Assembly: GCA_013204585.1 (NCBI GenBank)
Contig: JABMNL010000053.1
Span: 1,260 to 65,259 of the forward strand
Direction of reading: 5' to 3'
DNA from: SAR202 cluster bacterium
Lineage (GTDB): Bacteria; Chloroflexota; Dehalococcoidia; Lucifugimonadales; UBA3495
DNA: 64,000 nt
Positions 58,535 to 64,000 of this stretch are shown in pieces. The notes under the pieces are model-generated. The model did no database searches and was not told the DNA's origin. It was given only the letters and a program-made list of their open reading frames with translations. Position numbers and translations under genes: made by a program. Each line of letters starts with the position of its first letter. Positions within the stretch are counted from its first letter, which is position 1.

Positions 58535-59209
58535 TTAAAAAGGTCGGGGCGGGAGAATCCGGCGATAGACCCCTGGAGAGCCGGGCGCGTGGCCGTAACT
58601 GCCGCCGATGTATTGGTGCATCGTGTCCTGGGCGCGGTGGGCCTCCCAGGCTAGGGACTCGGGAACTTTCTCGTGTTCGAACTCGTAGACCGTCGTGTAT
58701 TTGGGACTGCCTTCCACCGCGTGATAGCGACGGACGAACAGGCAGCCGGGCACTTTGAGATTGCCTGGAGTGCGGACGTTGTCGTAGTAATCGTTGTACT
58801 TGTCTTCGATTTCGGATGGCACAATCATTCGGCCAACCTGCAAGGCTGGGGCCATGCCTCGGCCCATGGTGTCAGGGTCGCTTTCCTTGGGGGAGATTTG
58901 GGTTAAAACGTTACGCACGGTGCCCCGACCGACAACCGACGGAGAAATGCGCTGGGTCCATTCGGTGGGGTTTTGACTCATGTGTTTGTATTCGGGGGAC
59001 TGAATCGCCGCCGCCGTTTCTAGCTCATAGAGGGCCATATAGCGCGGGCCGCCCTTGGTCGCCTGGTAGAGAGCGGCGTCCAAGAATCCCGGCGCGCTGA
59101 GCCGCTCGGGTAGATGCTCCTGGGCATACCAGGCGTTGAACTCGAAATCGTGCTCAGCGTCAACGTCGGCAAACACCATCAACAGCGCTGAACCTTTCTT
59201 TTTAACCAT
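58535..59209 (-). CDS. Tandem dimeric alpha-beta barrel protein (EthD/DUF4286-like)
   Basis: Two repeats: FNAWY..EH...PGF..YMALYE and YNDYY...PGC..YTTVYE. Confidence 0.65.
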   Translation of the reverse strand: MVKKKGSALLMVFADVDAEHDFEFNAWYAQEHLPERLSAPGFLDAALYQATKGGPRYMALYELETAAAIQSPEYKHMSQNPTEWTQRISPSVVGRGTVRNVLTQISPKESDPDTMGRGMAPALQVGRMIVPSEIEDKYNDYYDNVRTPGNLKVPGCLFVRRYHAVEGSPKYTTVYEFEHEKVPESLAWEAHRAQDTMHQYIGGSYGHAPGSPGVYRRILPPRPF

Positions 59210-59255
59210 GATTTACTTCCTTTGTGGGGTTGGTGATAATTTTGACGGGGAAACG

Positions 59256-59326
59256 CCCCCATCTCCGACTCCGTCGAGAGTCTCGACTTTGTCGGACCTA
59301 ACCTGACCCCGCGACGGGGGAAGGGA
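59256..59326. repeat. Intergenic palindromic repeat, copy 3
   Basis: Near-identical to 55015..55085. Confidence 0.85.
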
Positions 59327-59331
59327 CTTTT

Positions 59332-61020
59332 CTACGCCGACAACACCACATCCAGAATCGCCACTCTGCCTTCCGCGACGGCAGCTAGGCCATCGGCGAT
59401 GGCCCCGGCGAGGCGTTTGGGGTCTTCTACACGTTCTCCGTGGCCGCCGAAGGGGGAGGCCAGTTGCTGGTAGTCGGGGCCGGGAATGTCCACCCCGTGG
59501 AAGATGCCGGACTTGGCGGCATCGCCATCGGGATAGAAGGACAGGTGTAGCCGCTTCATGGCGGCGTAGCTAGTGTTGTTGAACACCACAATCATGATGG
59601 GTATGTTGCTTTCGCGGGCCACACCCAAAGCCTGGGTGATGGGGTTGTAGAGCAGTGCGCCGTCGCCCATTAGGGCCACCACCGGACGGTCCGGGTAGGC
59701 CAGTTTCGCGCCGAGTGCGGTGCCAAGTCCCTGGCCGAGTCCGCCGACGGGACGCAGATAACTCTGGGGATTGTCCCATTTAATTCGGCGCAGTATTTGG
59801 GGGCGGTGGACGATGGTCTCGTCAATGTAGATGGTGTCGGAGGGCATGGCCTCGCTCAAGGCATTGCAGAGCACGCCGGGGTCGATTGGGCTGGAGTCGG
59901 ACACCCCGTCGCCAACGGCCCGGTACTTCTCCCACACTCCGCTGTTGCCTGCGTAGTCGTTGGCCTTGGCTCCACTGGACTGGGAGCTTTGGGCCGTCAC
60001 CGCCTCAGTCAACAGTTGCAGAGTTAGCGGCAGGTCACCTTCCAGGTAGTGGTCCGCTCCCAGGTCTTGGTAGACCATGAACTCTTTGATGGGGTTCTCG
60101 TCGATGATTACCACGGTGGCGTGGGCGGGGCTGGCGCTGGCCGGATACCAAGGTGAGCGGTTGCCGACGACCAAGAATAGGTCGAATTCGCCCAGCCGTG
60201 GCTTCAAGTCGTAGCCGTTGTGCAGCGGGTGGCTCTTGGGGAAATTCGAGTACGCTGGGCCTTCGGCCTCGAAAACCGGGATGGACATGGTCTCGGCCAG
60301 AGCGACCAAGGCATGGAAACCCTCGGCGCTCCGACCCGCAGAGTCGGCGACAATCACCGGGGCCTTGCTTTGGATAATCAGGTCCGCAATCCGGTCGATG
60401 GCCGAAGACTCAGGTCTGGTCTTGGGGGCTTCGGGCTTGTTCTTGAGGCCGGCGGGCGGAGTCCACTCTTCTAGCATCACCTCCATGGGGATGTTCAGAA
60501 AGGTGGGGCCTTTGGGCGTGCGCTGGGCCATCTCTCCAGCGCGGCTCACAGTTTCGTAAAGCACCTCGGCGCTGGTGACCCGGCTGCTCCACTTGGTGAT
60601 TGAATCCACCAACCGGTTGGGGCCGCCCACGATGCTCAGGTTGCGGAGCCACTGGGGGCCGGGGTCGAATCCGTTGGCCTCCCCATAGGTGGTGGTCTCG
60701 CCCGATGCCACTAACATTGGAATCTCGCCCTGGAACGCGCCGTGGATACCCATGGAACCTTGGAGCACGCCCACTCCGGCGTGGAGCAGCACGGCCTGCA
60801 TTCGGCCCGTCATCCGGGTGTAACCCTGAGCCATGGCCACCGCCAAGGTCTCGTGCCAGCAGTTGATGTACTTGGGGCCTGGCTCTTCGTTGATTTTCTG
60901 TCTGGCCAACGCCTCCCACACCGAGGGCCATTCGGAGCCGGGTGAGGAAATGATGTAGTCAACGTCGAGCTTGCGCAGGGCTTCGAGGATGGCGTCGCCG
61001 CCGTCTTTACGTTCGGGCAT
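59332..61020 (-). CDS. Thiamine diphosphate-dependent enzyme (ALS/benzoylformate decarboxylase-like)
   Basis: HETLAVAMAQGY, GDGALLY...NN ThDP motif. Confidence 0.9.
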   Translation of the reverse strand: MPERKDGGDAILEALRKLDVDYIISSPGSEWPSVWEALARQKINEEPGPKYINCWHETLAVAMAQGYTRMTGRMQAVLLHAGVGVLQGSMGIHGAFQGEIPMLVASGETTTYGEANGFDPGPQWLRNLSIVGGPNRLVDSITKWSSRVTSAEVLYETVSRAGEMAQRTPKGPTFLNIPMEVMLEEWTPPAGLKNKPEAPKTRPESSAIDRIADLIIQSKAPVIVADSAGRSAEGFHALVALAETMSIPVFEAEGPAYSNFPKSHPLHNGYDLKPRLGEFDLFLVVGNRSPWYPASASPAHATVVIIDENPIKEFMVYQDLGADHYLEGDLPLTLQLLTEAVTAQSSQSSGAKANDYAGNSGVWEKYRAVGDGVSDSSPIDPGVLCNALSEAMPSDTIYIDETIVHRPQILRRIKWDNPQSYLRPVGGLGQGLGTALGAKLAYPDRPVVALMGDGALLYNPITQALGVARESNIPIMIVVFNNTSYAAMKRLHLSFYPDGDAAKSGIFHGVDIPGPDYQQLASPFGGHGERVEDPKRLAGAIADGLAAVAEGRVAILDVVLSA

Positions 61021-61229
61021 CGGATAATCCTCTCAATTGGGTGAATCTTAGGTGAATCTTAGGTGAATCTTAATTGATGGGTGGGTCCGGCCAAATGTGT
61101 GAGTGCGATGGGCTGCCAGGGGAAATTGTGGCTCATTATACATATTATTGGAAATCTTGACGGTTGCGCTCCCCGAATATATCCTCAGCCGCGCAAGACC
61201 CGCCTAAAACCCGCCTGCTTGGAGGAATC

Positions 61230-62258
61230 ATGGCCCACGTCGTTTCCACCGGTTTTGACGTTCCCCCGGGATTTATCGACGCACACGCCCATATCGCGCC
61301 GACCAGCTTCCTGAAAGAAGCCCAGAAGTCGGCCAAGTCCTTTGGAGTGGAAGTACAGGAGACCGACGCCGGTCATGCCCTGACCTTCCCTGGTCTGCCG
61401 CCGCTCCGGGCAGCGGGCGGGGGCTTGGCCGACACCGAGGCCCGGTCAGCCTGGATGCAGGAACAGGGAGTGGGCTCCCAATACATGGCGGCCTGGCTGG
61501 ATATCCAGGGTTACACCCTGCCGTCGGATAAAGAAGCTGATTGGGTGCGGCTGCTCAATGAGCACATGGTGCAGACGGCCAAAGATAGCGGCGCAGCGTT
61601 CCAGACCATCGCCGCAGTGCCTCTGCGCGACGGCGAGCGGGCCGCCAGGGAGCTGGAGTACGCCGTCAATACCCTCGGCATGTTGGGCGCAATGCTGCCC
61701 AGCGACCCGGCCGACGTGGACGTGGCCGACTCTAGTTTGGAGCCGCTTTGGGCAGCGGCGGAGCAACTGGACGTTCCGGTGATGTTGCACGGCGCATCGC
61801 ACAGCAAATGGCCGTTGGTCGGACCCAGCTATTTGGCCTTCAGCATGGGCCGAACCCTGGACACCACAATCTTGGCCGCCAAGTTAATCCACTCAGGGTT
61901 GCTGGACAAGCATCCCAACTTGAAGCTGCTGTTGTGCCACGGTGGGGGATTCCTGCCCTATCAGATTGGACGTTTGGACGTGGCCTACCGCAAGGGCCTG
62001 GAGAAGGTAACGGAGCTGGAACGGGGCGGCCCCGAAGCATACATGTCCATGCTCTACTACGACACGGTGACCATTAATCCCCGGTCGCTGAAATTGCTGC
62101 TGGATTTGGCTGGGCCCGAGCACGTGCTGTTGGGCTCGGACTGGGTTTGGGCCCCAATGAGCGGCGGCCTGATGGACGCCGTCGATCATGTTGGTCTGGA
62201 TCAAGCGGAAAAAGACCGCATTTGCCGCCAGAACGCGCTGGATTTGTTTGGTGGTTAA
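61230..62258 (+). CDS. Amidohydrolase_2 family (ACMSD-like) protein
   Basis: IDAHAH, MLHG, CHGGG.LP, LLGSDW; GGAGG SD. Confidence 0.88.
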   Translation: MAHVVSTGFDVPPGFIDAHAHIAPTSFLKEAQKSAKSFGVEVQETDAGHALTFPGLPPLRAAGGGLADTEARSAWMQEQGVGSQYMAAWLDIQGYTLPSDKEADWVRLLNEHMVQTAKDSGAAFQTIAAVPLRDGERAARELEYAVNTLGMLGAMLPSDPADVDVADSSLEPLWAAAEQLDVPVMLHGASHSKWPLVGPSYLAFSMGRTLDTTILAAKLIHSGLLDKHPNLKLLLCHGGGFLPYQIGRLDVAYRKGLEKVTELERGGPEAYMSMLYYDTVTINPRSLKLLLDLAGPEHVLLGSDWVWAPMSGGLMDAVDHVGLDQAEKDRICRQNALDLFGG

Positions 62259-62377
62259 TTAGGGATACCACCTCTGTTCTGGCGCACCCCGGAACCCAGA
62301 GTGTTTGCCCTGAGGCCGAGTTTTTGAAGACAAGCAAATGGCTGGATTATAGGCACGGCCAGGCCTAGAATCTAAGC

Positions 62378-62809
62378 ATGAGCGCACGAAATATTTTCTT
62401 TCCCATAATCGCTGTTTTTACCCTATTTTTGTTGGCCTGCTCCAGCGGCGCGGGCACTGCATCGGTGGCTGTGGTTACTGAGCCAGACCATACCGCAGTT
62501 CCAGCGCCGACTTTGGCGCCGACTTTGGCGCCGACTTTGGCACCGACTGATGTACCAACAGCGGTTCCCGATAGGCCCATTGAATCGTTGCCCGGTCTGG
62601 ACAACATCGACACTGCCGCAATGATGCAAGAAGTGCTGAACTCCCCAGAGCTGATGAGCTGCCTGACCAGCGCTATGAGCCTCACCGAGCTGATGGGCTT
62701 GGCTGAGCGTTCGCCCACTGTCGAAGATATGGCATTAATCCTGCCATGTTTTAGTGACGAGCAATTGGGTTCTCTAAGCGGGCTCAAAGACTTAATTCCC
62801 GCCCCGTAA
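62378..62809 (+). CDS. Hypothetical lipoprotein with APTL repeats
   Basis: LLAC lipobox, 12-bp coding tandem repeat, two further Cys. Confidence 0.7.
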   Translation: MSARNIFFPIIAVFTLFLLACSSGAGTASVAVVTEPDHTAVPAPTLAPTLAPTLAPTDVPTAVPDRPIESLPGLDNIDTAAMMQEVLNSPELMSCLTSAMSLTELMGLAERSPTVEDMALILPCFSDEQLGSLSGLKDLIPAP

Positions 62810-62856
62810 CCTTCGGAAAATATTTGGACTAACCGACCTCTAAACGCGGCAGCACA

Positions 62857-62906
62857 GGTAATCAAGAAAGGCCCGTTCCTAATGGAACGGGCCTTTCTTG
62901 ATTACC
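62857..62906. terminator. 23-bp perfect hairpin between convergent genes
   Basis: ggtaatcaagaaaggcccgttcc-taat-ggaacgggcctttcttgattacc. Confidence 0.85.
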
Positions 62907-62938
62907 GACTTGGTAGCGTGAATGTATTTGCCGGGGAT

Positions 62939-63149
62939 TTAATCTTTTACGCGGTACACCCGGGCGGCGGTGTCGTGGAACATGTCGGCCCGTTCTGAGG
63001 CCGAGTAGTCCTTAGACAGGATTTTGAAGGAGTTGTACATCACGTTGTACGAGAAGGACACCTTGTCCACCGGGAAGTTGCTTTCGAACATGCAGCGGTT
63101 GGGGCCGAACGCCTCGATGCAGTGGTTCATTATTGGCGCCGTTTCCTTA
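62939..63149 (-). pseudogene. C-terminal fragment of an amidohydrolase_2 protein
   Basis: IEAFGPNRCMFESNFPVDK...MFHDTAARVYR; N-terminal part absent. Confidence 0.8.
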
Positions 63150-63150
63150 A

Positions 63151-63402
63151 GACCTGGAGAGCCAGTGCGTGTTCGCCTTCGCCAACATGAAGACGATGGT
63201 GGAGAATGCGGGCGGCAAGATTGAGAACATTGGCTCGATCAAGGTCTACATGAAAGACCGCGCACAGCGCGATGCGGTCAACAAGCCCTGGCTGGAGATG
63301 TTTCCCGACGCGGATGACCGACCCGCCCGCCACGCCATCGAATACGACGCCTTTCCTCCAGGGGTATTAGTACAATTGGAAGTGATTGCGGTGGTCGTCT
63401 AA
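63151..63402 (+). pseudogene. N-terminally truncated RidA-family protein
   Basis: DLESQC..AFANM, VNKPWLEMFP....PARH, VQLEVIAV; TAA at 63148 directly upstream. Confidence 0.75.
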
Positions 63403-63469
63403 CCGCCGGGCATATTAACCGGGCATATTAACCGGGCATATTAAATAGAACGGGAATCAGGAGAATCAG

Positions 63470-64000
63470 TTGCAACCGGAAAGCAAATTTGTGGAGTCCG
63501 ACGGGGTAAAACACCATTACTTAGAATGGGGTAACCCCGATAACCCGAACGTAGTCATGTTTCATGCCGTTGGCATGTGTTCGCAAATATGGAATAACAC
63601 CGCCCGAGACCTGGCGCGGGATTACCATGTCTATTCATTCGACCTCCGGGGGCACGGGGATACCGAACACAAACACGGTGGCTACACTTTCCAAGAAATT
63701 GGCGAAGATTCAGCTTCGGTCATTCAGGCCCTTGGTTTGGAAGAATCGATAGCAATTGGTCACTCCGCAGGCGGGATGTCCATGCTGATTGCCGACTCGC
63801 TGGTGCCGGGAATCATCGGCAAAGGTGTGTTGGTTGATACCCGCGTGGGGGAGAGCCCCATGAACCTTCTCACCCCCGAAGAGGCGAAACTGCGGATCGA
63901 GCGGACCCTACAAAAACGCTCGATTTGGGAGAGCCGAGATGCGATGTACGCCGCCTACCGTGATCGTCGGGTGTTTAAGCCCTGGACCGACGAGGTATTC
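63470..64000 (+). CDS. Alpha/beta hydrolase, runs off the window end
   Basis: AGGAG SD plus TTG; HYLEWG, FDLRGHGD, IGHSAGG. Confidence 0.85.
   Translation, partial: MQPESKFVESDGVKHHYLEWGNPDNPNVVMFHAVGMCSQIWNNTARDLARDYHVYSFDLRGHGDTEHKHGGYTFQEIGEDSASVIQALGLEESIAIGHSAGGMSMLIADSLVPGIIGKGVLVDTRVGESPMNLLTPEEAKLRIERTLQKRSIWESRDAMYAAYRDRRVFKPWTDEVF

Overview
A gene-dense chromosomal window of moderately high GC. Gene content and protein style suggest Chloroflexota/Dehalococcoidia, possibly SAR202-like (inference only). Core genes include thrS, plsY, prfB with its programmed +1 frameshift, dcd-ribD-ribE-ribBA, selA, groES-groEL, rimI, coaE, cinA, speD-speB, iscS, glycerate kinase and lutABC. Catabolic or unassigned enzymes fill the gaps. 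Non-obvious features: (1) a probable 6S RNA heads an operon coaE-cbbQ/norQ-CoA Nudix-giant cbbO/norD VWA, an AAA+/VWA activase module with no Rubisco, Nor or Cox client in the window; (2) a 3.3-kb integrase-less islet is bounded by a 53-bp duplication of the yyaL 3' end; (3) an ECF sigma/anti-sigma/SIMPL locus carries two matching promoters, one written into the sigma gene's last codons; (4) several intact ORFs encode enzymes lacking catalytic residues; (5) at least nine unrelated 9-22 bp intergenic tandem duplications occur; (6) REPIN-like pairs and a four-level nested palindromic element are present; (7) two 5'-truncated genes meet back-to-back near 63.15 kb. No CRISPR array, tRNA, rRNA, integrase or transposase was seen. 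All family calls come from motif recognition by eye, not database searches.
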